From contig CM022672.1 in NCBI GenBank assembly GCA_012295275.1, positions 32,798,001-32,862,000 on the forward strand: a stretch of 64,000 bases of DNA, written 5' to 3'. The translations under genes were made by a program, and so were the position numbers. The DNA comes from Chrysomallon squamiferum. Lineage: Eukaryota; Animalia; Mollusca. The notes under the pieces are model-generated. The model did not search any database. It was not told the DNA's origin and worked only from the letters and a program-made list of their open reading frames with translations. Every line of letters begins with the position of its first letter. Positions within the stretch are counted from its first letter, which is position 1. Shown here piece after piece: positions 12,257 to 25,063 of this stretch.

Positions 12257-13778
12257 CTATACAGTTTGTGATTTTGTTGATTATGAAATATAAAATTACA
12301 AAAACAATAACAACACATCTAACTATAAACATTAATAAATTTAATATATGCTAAATTTCAAAGTTACCAACTGATTCATTATTTTATTTACAAAAGTTGT
12401 GTTTATTAAACTAACCATGAAAACTGAGAGACTGCAGACAATAGAAACTACAGTACATTGTCTCCTATGTAACAGGAAAGTTAAACACTTTAAAATACTC
12501 ATTCCTTTGTTTTAAAATACAGAAATAAACATTTACAACAAAATAATCGCATTTATATGAATGTAAGTATATGCATGTGTCTGTGGGTATGTGTGTATGT
12601 CTTTGTGTTTGTATGTGTGTATATGTGTACTTACTGATATATTATTTACAAACTGCAACTTCATATATTAAATTAAATTAAACTTCATTAGTTTTAGAAT
12701 AATGAGAAATATAAAGAAAACAAACTCAAATTCACCTGCTCAGATTTTTTTCTCCTTTGCAATGGCAGCAGTTCAAACTTTATTTAACCAGAAAATAACT
12801 GTGTCCTCAGTGCCTGATGGAAGTTCACTGGATGTGTTAAAAGTTGTAATTTGTCTGAAAGTTTAAAAGTTTCTTGCTCGAAATGCTGAATGTAAAGTCT
12901 GAGTTCTCATTACATTATATGATAAATTATATAAAATGTGCAGCCCAAATTTCATTCTCCATCTCCCTCTGTTCTGTCTTGCGATCCTTCATCCTCTCTC
13001 CTTCTCATACATTCATACATTTACAAATTTAACTGCAATCATCATAATACTTCTCCTTCTTAGTGATCAAAGTAGAAGGATGAATACCTTTAAATACACC
13101 TCAACAATAAAATAAATAAACTTTAACATACCCAAACAAACTCATTTTAATTAGAAAAATTATTTCAAATTTTAGTATTTAACAAGATAATAAATATAAA
13201 ATAAATAAATAAATAAATAAATAAATAAAAACAACATACCTGACAGCTTGAACAGCACATACTACTGAAACAAATTCACTGGCATACATCAACATCAGCA
13301 CATGAATTAAAGCAATATATGCATACTGAAATTGAAAAAAAAAATAAAACAAAAAAAACAAAAATAATAAATAAACAGTCAGAGATAAATAACTAATACT
13401 TCTGTCTTTATTAACACTAAAATCTTACTGGATTATTGAGATAAAATAGGCTGTGTGGTATTTTTTACATACTTTGTTATTAATAAATTGTTATCGAGTT
13501 ATGCATGATAATGATACTGATGATAATGTTAATGTTGATAATAATAATAATAAAAATAACAATGAACAAAACAACAGCAAATAAGTGATTATTATTTCAC
13601 TGTTTTATAATTAACTACAAAACTTATTTTACTCTCTACAACACAAAAATAATACAAACTAAACTCACAACTGAGAATGGAACAGGCTGCGTGAGAATGG
13701 TTTCTGTAACAGCTGATTCATCCTTCTCCACGAGGTAAATTCCCTTTCTAGACAGCATCTCAATAATACTGTGTTGAC
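10160..13778 (-). pseudogene. CAMSAP: CAMSAP/Patronin internal fragment, copy 1 (CH-domain region and downstream); exons 13778-13669, 13325-13240, 12854-12736, 12464-12416, 12083-11902, 11387-11282, 10697-~10160
   Basis: Spliced translation QHSIIEMLSRKGIYLVEKDESAVTETILTQPVPFSV / YAYIALIHVLMLMYASEFVSVVCAVQAVR / QITTFNTSSELPSGTEDTVIFWLNKV* / ICLKDGLRIPNSLYNL...LLVFPAEQFFWIEIIK / ...SVLAWQEQK / LILKPAKEKH matches recalled CAMSAP1 motifs (LSRKGIYV, ELPYDLEDAMVFWINKV, ICLKE..ADSLYN, VFIAELFWWFE, AWPEK, LKPAKEK). Canonical splice sites; in-frame stops in exons 3 and 5. Confidence 0.9.
12163..12252. repeat. (GA)n microsatellite in a CAMSAP pseudogene intron
   Basis: Direct reading; the paralogous site at ~56365-56378 has only ~7 units. 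Confidence 0.97.
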
Positions 13779-14087
13779 CTATGAAAAATATTTAATACCA
13801 ACAGTAAATATAAAGTTTATTACTTTTTTTACGAAAATGATGTATATAACCCTCAGGTGTTTGAATGAATCTGACGCTTAATATTGTCGCTGAAGAATGT
13901 CTGTGATGACACAATCCTGAGAGACATATCGAGTATAAATACAAATTTTATACATTGTGCAAATGTTTTGTTCTTTTTGACTTATAGGAGTTATTCTGGG
14001 TGGAAACTTTCTTTTTTACTTCAGTTTATATATAAATATATATATTATCATATGTGGCTGTTTTAATTATTTTTATTTACATACAAA

Positions 14088-14090
<3 letters not shown>

Positions 14091-14150
<60 letters not shown>
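14091..14150. repeat. (CA)30 microsatellite
   Basis: Direct reading; left border of the arm-1-specific segment. Confidence 0.98.
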
Positions 14151-14152
<2 letters not shown>

Positions 14153-15242
14153 GACAATACTGAATATGGTGAATACCTCTATCTTTCTCTCTCTTCTCTC
14201 ACACATACATCTTTATCTCATTCCAGGGCTAAAAATGTGCGTGAATCTCCAAATCTGATCAGCACCAACATAAAACATTTGAATCTATTTGGATTCATGT
14301 CAAATGTTTCCAAAATTCTATAGAATTGATAATCAACGAGTAAAACATTACCAAATTAAAAACAAAACTAGTCTGGTTAACAAGCATCAGTTTAAAGTGG
14401 TTTCAAAAGTGTATCATACATTCCAATCCGTGTTTGTTCCAAACATTGTGATTTATCAAGATTAGTCTGGTGTGAAGTCAAGTGGTGGTTGTCCCATTTC
14501 TATGAACAAAAAATTGCTAACAAAGAAAACTGAAAGTAACATGTTTGTTCATTTTTACACAGTAACATGGTTATAGTTATTGAGTGTGCCAAATTTACTA
14601 TTATATCAGAATTACTATATTAGTTCATTGATATTATGTTCTTTACCTTAAATTTCCTGGTCTTTTCACTCCATGATTGATTTGTTTTGCTGGTTTTAGA
14701 AATGTGCTTTGGTAACATCCACACAAACACTGAATCAACGGCATTGCGCAAGAACATATTGTATGCACTGTTTATAAATCTTCTAAAGATAACCTGGTAA
14801 GACATTAAAGAAAACAAACTGTAAAGACGAAATGGAAAAATCTTCAACTGAAAAAACAGTAAAAGAACAGTTTCAAATTCCTGGTCTAAACAAATAAATG
14901 AAATGTTTGTTTTTGACAGCACCAATCAAAACATAATGCATGCCACATGCAAAGTTTATCAAATGCACTTTTAATGAACCGATACGTTGTACAGAGGAAA
15001 ACTGTTCAAGAGCTGAACGCTTATGTACGGTATGGAACTAATTATATATTTAAACCTAATCTTGAATGTCACATGACATTAGCAGGTCATATTAAATGTT
15101 TAGAAATTTATACCAGTGAACTGGTCTCTAAAAGACAAAAAAACATTGATATACATGTTTGGTTCTGCCAGAGACCAAGCTCTAAAACCTGCAGCCAGCC
15201 ATAAGATGCAGTCTGTATACTGGCTGGAAATAAAAACCATGT

Positions 15243-15468
15243 AGCTAAAACTAAGAAAGACTGCTTTCCACTACCTAGAATAGATGTCATTAAATGCTTT
15301 GTATGGAGCTCAATGGTTTACTATACTGGATATGGTCAGTGAATACAACCAGGTTGCAGCTGAGGATAAAGACAAAGACAAAACTGCATTGATCTCTCCA
15401 ATGGGTTTGTTTGAATACAGTTGAATGCCTTTTGGTTTATCAGGAGCCCCAGCCACATTTCAAAGACC
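15243..15468 (+). mobile_element. Ty3/Gypsy reverse transcriptase fragment
   Basis: KTKKDCFPLPRIDV/LNALYGAQWFTILDMVSEYNQV...DKDKTALISPMGLFEYS*MPFGLSGAPATFQR is the classic Gypsy RT core, with a frameshift and a stop. Confidence 0.92.
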
Positions 15469-15469
15469 A

Positions 15470-17008
15470 TGCTTTATAAACTATAATAGAACCATATCAA
15501 ACCCTTTTAATAGATACATTTGTATAATGAGTAATGATAGAAAGAAAAGGAATATATCCAGTGATGATGAGGTTGATGCCATACCACCTAATAAGTATTC
15601 AAAAAGTTCTACAACATTATCGGAATCTTCTAGTGATAATTTATTTTCTTCAAATAGTGATTTTGAAATACCCTGCGGGCAAAAGAAGCTGTAACAGCTA
15701 CGATAGACCCTGTTGTTGATACCCTATATTGAAGCATTACAATTTATTTAACTATGAAGTGAAGTTAGAACCAAGAAGGAAGCAATTAACTTTTGTCAAA
15801 ATTTAAAACTTCTACCAAAACAATTATGAGATGCCAAACTGTAAATGTGTGATTTGAACAAATTAACATCGGTGAAATGGAAAAATCATAATTACTCACA
15901 TTTTTTATTTCAGTTTAATAAAAACATTTGTAAACACAAAAGTAAAAATCATAATTACTTACATTTTTTATTTCAGTTTAATAAACAGATTTGTAAACAC
16001 AAAAGTAAAAATCATAATTACTTACATTTTTTATTTCAGTTTAATAAACAGATTTGTAAACACAAAAGTAAAAATCATAATTACTTACATTTTTTATTTC
16101 AGTTTAATAAACAGATTTGTAAACACAAAAGTAAAAATCATAATTACTCACATTATCAATTTCAGTTTAATAAAAACATTTCTAAAGACAAAAGTAAAAA
16201 TCACAATTACTTACATTTTTGATTTCAGTTCAATAAACAGATTTGTAAACCCAAACGTAAAAATCAGGTGCCTTTAAGAAAAGGTACATGGTTTGAGGCG
16301 TCAAACTCATCCATAAGAAGAAGTTTGTTAATTATGTAGTTTTTCAAAACAATATCTGATAGAAATTGCTCAAACATAAACCACCATTCCCAAAGAAGAA
16401 ATCAAAGGAGAGAAAGAAACTTCATCTGAAACTATTACTGACTATTACAACTATTGTTGTGAAATTTGTGTTGAGTGGGAAAAAACATAACAGTTGGAAA
16501 AGGTTGTCCTGCTGAAATAGATGAACCAAAATTTGGCAGTATTTGGGGGAATTTGTCATGAAACAAGATATTTTTTCTTAATTCATTACAATTTATTATA
16601 TTATAATTATGTATTTATTCATAACATCCAGCAATCAAGGCACGTACCAACTTAACAGAAAACAGGGGTGTGTGATAGGAGATAACTACCAAGTACTCAT
16701 TGCACACAAGGAAATTTTGGCCTTCATCTTGCAGAATACATGAGGAGGAATAAATAAAACAAGGAGGAAGTATTCAGTGAACTGTCACGAATCATCAGTT
16801 TGGAGTATATTTGTTAATTATGACTATCTTTTGAAATGTATTATTTTGTATGATAACTAAAATGGCTGACATTATTGCTTGAAATGTTGAAGAATTGTTT
16901 GCTTCTATCTGCTGTATTTAACCACTTAATTGTAGGTGTATAAAAGGTTTAAAAACTATTATTAAAAAAAAAAAAAAAAAAATTATGTGGGGGTATGGAC
17001 AGATATTC
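15470..17008 (+). mobile_element. Degenerate Merlin / ISXO2(IS1595)-like transposase remnant
   Basis: LRKGTWFEASNSSIRRSLLIM, ETITDYYNYCCEICVEW, GKGCPAEIDEPKFG, VFGGIC(H)ETRYFFL resemble ISXO2-like DDE motifs (IRKGTWF; VEIDESKFG; WVFGGICRET). Boundaries are approximate. Confidence 0.78.
15881..16265. repeat. 63-bp tandem repeat, six copies
   Basis: Unit aaaaatcataattacttacattttttatttcagtttaataaacagatttgtaaacacaaaagt starts at 15881, 15944, 16007, 16070, 16133 and 16196; gives the 21-aa repeat in ORF 15845-16222. Confidence 0.97.
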
Positions 17009-17009
17009 C

Positions 17010-18083
17010 TCTAATCTATGTCAACTCATCTACAGGACAGGTGAGATGACTGTAAAGTGAGTCCAGGAACTCAGACATTCCACTGTGTAAAACCAGTGAG
17101 TTCTGTGTCTGTGGCATGTGACAAGAATTCGCAGTTTGCTGACGCTCTACCAGTCCTTATTCATTTTAACTATGTGAGAGATGTTGCAGAACTGTCTGCT
17201 GAATCAGTAACTAAACCAAGTAAGAAAAGTACATCTGATCAAGCACCTGGAAGCTTTGTCCTGCTAGAATATACAACTAGGAAATCTAAAAAAAAAAAAA
17301 AAAAATTCTTCTGCAAATAATCTCCAAAGATAGATTTGAAATTGAAGTAACATTCCTACATACAAAAGATGGTAAGTTCATTGTTTGCTTTTCCAGTTAC
17401 AGAAGATAGATCTTGGTTTGAAAAAAAACAAATCAACAGTATGGTTGAAATTCCTACAATGGATAACTGCTATCAGTGTATATTCCAAGAAGGCCTATCA
17501 GAGTGAATGAAAAAACAAAATATTTGATAAAATAACTGTTTTAAATTTTTATGTTCACTAATGACGACAATAAAATATTTTCCTTACATTCTCTTCTTAT
17601 TTTGTTTTATTAAACAATTAATTATGGACAAGTATTCTAAATGTGTTAACCTAAAAAAAAAATAAAAATCAACTAGTTCAACACACTGGACAAAAATTGT
17701 CACATCCTGGCTCATACTTAATTTTTGAAAACTAAAATTAAAATAAAAAACAGTAATTTTCTGGTGAATGGCTATGTGGTATTCTGAAAGAGTCTGAATA
17801 AACTACTACAAGATACATTTTATAAAGCATCTTACTTTCTGTGAGTTTTGGAATTAAAGGTATGGTAAAAAGAATGATGTCCAAATTTTGTCACATCCTG
17901 GTATATGTTACTTTTACATTTCTGGTAAAATATATGTCAGACAGAAACAGATATGGCATACTTATAGTACCATGTCTCTATAAAAGGTCAAACATCAATG
18001 CTATGAAAAAGGATCTTTGGTGATTAGGTATCACAGAGTTGATAATGTCAAGTCATGGCTGAAATTCTTACCACGGAATGGCC
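17010..18083 (+). mobile_element. 3' portion of an unassigned DNA transposon
   Basis: PGTQTFHCVKP and the following PGSFVLLEY...EIEVTFL...F.FPVTEDRSW resemble C-terminal tails of invertebrate DDE transposases. The segment ends in ...accacggaatggcc, a terminus-like motif. Confidence 0.45.
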
Positions 18084-20409
18084 AATTTTCAGACTGATAA
18101 CACTTTGACAGTTCTTTCCATTAAAAAAGTGAGATTTTTTTGCTGTGTTTTTGTACCTGTTCCGAGTTCTTAAATTCAGTGCTTGGTCATCATGATTCTT
18201 GTCATCGGTCAGAGAAATTCTGATACATCACAACTCCCTTGATAGATTAATTAATTACTAGAGCAAGTTATTAAGTACTGTTGTATTAGAATAATAATTT
18301 GTTTGCATTGTTTATTTTAAACATTTAGAGATTTATCTAGCCGTAGTTGAATTTTTTATTTCTGTTTATATATTTTTATCACTTCATCACATGCGAGCAA
18401 AATCAAATCCGGAAAAAATAACAACTATTAAATACTACAAAGATGAAATGACAACAAAAGATGAAATAAAGACATTTTAAGTGACATTGAAAAAAATCAC
18501 ATCTGGGCATTCCGTCATATCAAATCACATTTTCAATGATATTATGATAAAATGTTTTATTCAATTTAGGGATTACAACATTGCTAACTTATCTTTGTGT
18601 AATGATCGAAGCAAAAACAAAAATCCACGTGGTCGTCAATGTTTTCTTTTCACAGACTGCCAATGTTTGAAAGATCTCAGTTCTAAACAACAATGACATT
18701 TTCTGGTGCACATATTTTTTTGTCATAATGATGACCATGCACACTGATAAGACCCAGGAATATGAGCTTCACTTACATAACATTAATGGTGAAAACAGGA
18801 CAAGGTAAGTCATTTATTATTCTTTTCATGGACTTCAAATAAATTACAATCATTAACATATTCTGTGATAATAGGACCTATAACATTGCTAATTTTTGTA
18901 TATCCTAAAGTTCCATACCTTGCATTTTAAGGGAATTATGACAATTTAATGAACTTTGATCACAATATTTGTTTCAGTAAATTATAAAGCTTGAAACAAT
19001 AGGCAATACATTCCAGAAATTTTCAGAAATAAAATTGACAGCGCTCCATTATTTTTCAAGTTATCACAGATACACAGTTTTACTTGTTTCCTATGATGCA
19101 TGAATACCTCCTGTGTGTAATCACATTACATTTTTTTTTTTTTTTAAATCCCCAGATTTAGAATTTGGAAGACACAATACCTTTTTTGGTGCCTGCATGA
19201 TTTTATGAGGGTAAGTTTGGAAAATTAAAAATACTTCCAGGACAGTAAAACACATTTCAAAAGCAAAGTAATGGAGAATTTATGTGTATGAGTGACTAAA
19301 CATTTGTATTGAGGATATTTTACAAACCATGAACAACAACATCAGTTCTGGAAGTCAAATGTGTCATGTGATACAAGCACTCACAGAGACACTGTGCTAT
19401 TGGGTGATGGACAAAAGTATGATACTGTCACCTACTTAAGCTTTAATATGAAAACAATTAGGATATAATAACATCACATTTGTTGCTTATATTGGGATTT
19501 TTGACATAATCAACAAATATCTTATTATAACTGGTATCTGATATTATTAATGCTTCAGCTGAAGTTAAGAATTTCTGAATATAATTTTATTTTATTTATA
19601 AAAAAAAAAAACTTTGAATGAATATGTTTGTTGGCAGAGTATGATTATGTTTACATTTTATTAAAATTTATTTGCCATCTATATTTCTGTCATTTAGATT
19701 AATCTAATTATTATTAACAGTAAATAAACACATTTACTTTTAACAGCACTGCTGCCAGAAAACACTTCAGTCATGTCAGAAAAAATCCAGTGTACAAAGA
19801 AGGAAACGCCAATGGGAAATAATCAAAGTTGACGTAGAATCTATAAACTTCATAAAAAGCAGGACACTGATCAAATGGTTTCAAATATTTTAATACACTG
19901 TATTATCAAATGTTTCATGAATTTCTTTGCTTTTTAAAACTTATAATGAAATAATTTTGTATTTGTGCCTTATAAAATCTTGGTTTTGTGATTCCTTTCA
20001 CATAAAACAAAATAATTAAAAATGACCCTGATTGGATGTTACTGAGGACACTTTCCTTCTAAATCAACAATAAAACAATATTTATGAAATATTTTTTTTT
20101 TTCAGAGGTGTTCATAGTAGCCTATCTTCATCAGTAAATCAACTTAATGCATGTTTAACAACATTTTTCATTTATAATAACATCTTGTTTGATTTATTTT
20201 TGTGTCATCAGTCACATTCGATCATACTTTTCTTAGATAATGACCCATAACATCAACAGATGGTCTCAAACTATCTTCTAGTTCTTAAATTTAAATATAA
20301 AAAAAAATAATAGCAAGACTTTCTATTAAATCATAGCATTTCCATTTAAAAATAATTTTCAAAATACTGCCTTTGTGTCACACATCAAGGCTCATCTTTT
20401 GAGGATAGG

Positions 20410-20410
<1 letters not shown>

Positions 20411-20461
<51 letters not shown>
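20411..20461. repeat. (CA)25 microsatellite
   Basis: Direct reading; right border of the arm-1-specific segment. Confidence 0.98.
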
Positions 20462-20466
<5 letters not shown>

Positions 20467-21479
20467 AGTATGTTGTTAATGACACACATTACACTGCCTA
20501 ATGACAACATCAAAAAACAAAACAAAACAACAAAACAAGGAGAAATATTTCTTACAAAATCATGCAGCCAAATGCTTATAAAAACAAGGCCAAAGTTTCA
20601 TGTTCTCTCTCACACCTCCCCATTACCTCTGTGTTCATCAAACAGAACACCCAGTTTGTTGCTTCCCAAACCAAGGATTTTTACTTTAACTGTCTCAAAC
20701 CCCTAAGCCCGTAGCTACAAGATTCCTGCATATGTGGTGAAAACCACAAAATCAAAGTGAAGAGTGAAGCCACACAGCTGTACAAATTTAAAAGCTGTAA
20801 ACTGGCCACATCTTGATAGCTAATTAATGCAATGTAACTTTTACAATTTGGAAACTGTGATTAAATGTTTGTCATTGCACATTTCCCTGTAAACAGAACT
20901 TTAATTATTTGCATATACTGGCAGTTAAAGGCAGTTTATTTACTGATTATAATTATTAATACACATTTATTTAATAGAGAGGTTTAGCATAGACGTAACG
21001 TTCATGTACCAAACCTGTATTGTCTTTTTTGTGAGATCTTCTCAATATAGGACATGCCTAATTGTGCATGTTTATGCATAGTGAAGTAATTTTTTGAAAC
21101 ACTGTAAAGGGTTAATCTTGTTTTTTATGATTTTCTTTAATTATCGTTGCATAGATCAGTGCTTTTCAAGTTGCATTTTACTGCTTGGTTTTCACATAAA
21201 TGATCACTAAAGACAGATCCCTTCTCTCCAAAAAAGCTGTTGTTCGACTTACGTACCTTTGGCTGAGTGAGATTACAATTTCATGTGCTAAATTCAAACT
21301 AATATATGCTTGAAAAATAGTAAGTCGATGTTGTTGACCCTTATATTGCCTTAAGATGTTGTTTGGCTTCTTGCTGAGAAATAGAGTAAAAATGTATTTG
21401 TTTGCAAACAAAAATACTAGCCAGTCTGTAGTTTTGTGTGTACTATGCTGCTGCAAGAGGAACAAATAACAAATAACTT

Positions 21480-23190
21480 GTATGTTACAAAATTTTCAAA
21501 AAAATAATTTTCCTATTAAATTATATATCAGAAAAAAAAACCCCAATAAAAACAGATTAAAATCACTCCAAGGTATCTTCGATAACTTTGATATGAAAAA
21601 GAAACAAGCAGTCTGTAAGATTATCAAGTCAATGTCAACAGGCTTTCTGGATATAATCAATCATCAGTTGAGTGACTTACTTCCAGATGGATGCTATCAT
21701 ACAGTCCAAGACCCTGAACAGCATGCCAAACTCCAGCATTCCAAGCTGACAAATGTTGGAGAACAGTGTTTTGGAGACTTGGACGTCAGCATATTTAAGA
21801 GACGGAATGTGTCTGCATATTATCACCCAGCATCAACATGTTAGAAAGAAACAAGAGTATGTCAAACTGGTTCTCCAAACTCTCAGAGAAGAAAAAAAAG
21901 CAGCAACGTTGTCTTTGGCAACTTCACAAGCAAAAGAACTGTAAAGAAAACACAATTCTAATGAAGTGAATGCCATAGCAGTGAGTCAAGAAGCTCTGAC
22001 AGATAACTGTGCAAGGAAGCCTGCAGTTAAAGAAAGACAAAGCCAGAAAAAAGAAACCACCATTGAGAGGTTGTGGACCATGCAAAACCTCAAGAGATAC
22101 TGACCATCTTTTGATTGCCTACGCAAAGGTAACAGACCAGCTCTTGGCTCTCAAAGCTGAAGTCCAGTAGCAGAAGCTGATTTTGAGGGTGAAATCACCA
22201 GTTCTGAAAGTAATTCAGAAGCTGCCTGAGCTTGTGGCCAGTCTCAATCAGTTTCTTGATGGTGAGGTTCAACAAAATGTACAGTAGCTAGACATAGGTG
22301 TACAAAAGAAGGAAGAACTTCAAAGAAAATGTCATTAAATGTCATCTGACAACAGTGGTAGCATTGCTTCTAATATTGTGGAAGACATTGCTGACTACAG
22401 TTTCTCCTACCAGTATGGTCGATCTGGCATGTGCTTAGTCATTGACTATGAAGACAAATTCTACATAGGAGAAATTCAGACCGTTCTACATGACAAGAGT
22501 GCAACAGTCAGTTTTATTGAAAGGTGTTGCATCAATGATGATGATTACAAATGGCCACAGATAGAAGACCAGGCAGTTGTAGAATCCAAATTTGTCAGCT
22601 TGTCAGACTTTGCAATGACATCAACAAATAGACATATTTCGATCTTATGTGATGCTCATTCTATTCATGCAAGATTCAGTGAATACAAGCAGTTGTATTT
22701 CCTGTGAGAAAAGGCTTTGTTAGGTTACAGAAGATGTACAAATGCTTTATGCATCTCAGAAATGAAATAATAACTTTGATTCAAATTGCTGGTTGGGTGA
22801 AGTCAGAAGTCACTTTTTTCAGGGGGGGCTAAAAATATTTATAGTACAAATGTACAAATATATATACCATTTGAAAGGTCTTTAAAAACTGTTCATAACA
22901 CTGGTTGCATATTTTCAATTGGCCAAAACTGAAGTTATAGTGTCAGTTTGCAATTTTAATGATTCTGCCACATGTCATTTTGAAGATTTTGGCATGTTTA
23001 GCATGTTAATGTGAACACACATACAAACATACAGGTCTGAAAAAAATTGAGCTCATTTATCAAGTTGGTCCCATCACTCTTGTTGATTTTTCAGTCTTTT
23101 GTGTCAATCACTTTTCAAACTACAGCTGGCCAAAGAAGCCATTTGTGCTAATTAGCCAAAATAGGGCTGAACACCGTCCATATACCTGTC
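21480..23190 (+). mobile_element. Degenerate transposase-like C-terminus and subterminal region (superfamily unassigned), copy 1
   Basis: Fragmented ORFs: HQLSDLLPDGCYH...TNVGEQCFGDLD...RNKSMSNWF...GPCKT...LLALKAEVQ...KFYIGEIQ...YKWPQIEDQAVV. Intronless, with stops and frameshifts. ataccatttgaaagg is a subterminal-like motif at ~22864. Confidence 0.55.
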
Positions 23191-23910
23191 GAAAGAATAT
23201 TTGCATATATCTTTTGAGTCATAACTTTTTGTGTGTTTTGTTTCTTTTTGTTACAGCTTTCATTACGTGCTACCTTTTTTGCATATTATATGAATTTATG
23301 AATTAAAGTCAGACAAAATGTGCCTGCTGGCACCTACTGTTGCTCTCTGTGGTCTCCTTTGCCTTTCTATCACTTATGGTATCTATGTGATATATAAATA
23401 AATAAATAAATACATTTTAAAAACAGAATCAAAGTTATGGCTTTTCATACCTCAGCAATCAGACTCATTTTTGGGCCCCAGTATGTGACAAAATAAATAA
23501 TAAATATAATAAATGTCTCCAAAATAAATTATTTCTGCATAACTGGATAGAGAATGGAGAAAACTTACAATAAAATTTATGATGGTAACGTGAAAAATAA
23601 TGGAGTAAAAGCAATATTTCATCTTATAATTATGGTAATTTTCTTCCTTTTTTCCTCCTTTATTGAAAAAATGCTGTGATTTTAATTCATTAAAATTGTA
23701 ATATTGTCTTAAAAAGCAAAATAACTGTAGACTAGGTATTAAGAACAAATGTACTTAATAATAAATTAACAATATGGAAGAGGAATCAAAATGTATTATA
23801 ACTGTATGTTTGAGTGTGTGATATACTGATAGACAATATATTTACATTGATGTTTATATTCAGTAAAATTATAAAATAACAATGTAACCATGCTCCACCT
23901 ATATTAATTC

Positions 23911-23950
<40 letters not shown>

Positions 23951-24971
23951 ATAAATAAATAAATAAATAAAAATGCCCAATCAAATAATACTTTTTAGTA
24001 CGTGTAGTAACAGGCGGGCACAATCATTAATGATAATCATAACAGTTTGTTTATGAATCATAACCAACAAATCAAGATGGTTTTTGACTTAATGTAAATA
24101 TTTTTAAAAAGGTGAGAGTCGTTGTATTTTGTTAATATTTTAAATTTAAACAAAGTTAAACATCTGATCAAGCTGAACTATTTTTTTCGAAGTGAGAGAC
24201 ACTTATCTTTTGTTTTTCATCTAACAGTGAAATTGTGAAGTCTGTGTTAATCGAGGTAATGAAAAAACAATTACTGTAACTTACAGTTACAGACCTGATA
24301 AAACTTTAAAACTTTAAAACTGATATAACTTGACACTATTTCTTAATTTTCTGCTTGTTTCATGCCATAAACTACATACCTTTATAATTGTTAAAATCCA
24401 TGATAACTTGACAACATCAACATAAATCCATAACACGAAATATTAATCCTTGCTTCCAAGAAAAACTCTACACTTCTCACGTATCTTTAAATATGGCGGA
24501 AAAAAAAGGTGCCCGTCACGTGTTCGACGAAGCCTTATTAGAGTTATTTCCCTTACACCGTTGACAACTTTACCAGTTCCTCGTTATCATTGTTGTAGAA
24601 TACAGAATAAAATGCGTTTGAAAAAAATGATAATCTAACCATTATTTTCATAGGAAGCCGATGTATTTTTCTGGGTTTTTTTGGTGATAACATTTTCGTA
24701 TTTCAACAACATTATCTTTATAATGCCTTAATAATGTGTGTGGTTGTGTCGAATAGAGACCGATAACTCTCAATTCCGGAAATCAGCATAATTATCGAAT
24801 TTGGCGGCGGTAAATTCAAATTTCAGAAGCGCTTTTATACGCACACACACGCACGCAGACACACACACACTAATGAGTGAAATATGGAAAGTGGGGCAAT
24901 TTACGAAAGCAAGAAATATATTAAATTTTATTTACCTGTAACAGAAATAAATATTTTAAAGGGCAGTTATT

Positions 24972-25010
<39 letters not shown>

Positions 25011-25063
25011 TTTTATTTATTTATTTATTTTATTTATTTATTTATTTATTTATTTTTCTAGAC

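Noticed and set aside
14330-15200. Coding-looking stretch before the Gypsy RT
   Set aside because: Multiple stops and no motif I can assign.
15881-16265. Regular repeat arrays (63-bp here, 33-bp at 52673, 90-bp at 42785) as CRISPR arrays
   Set aside because: Head-to-tail units with no unique spacers, no cas genes, eukaryotic context.
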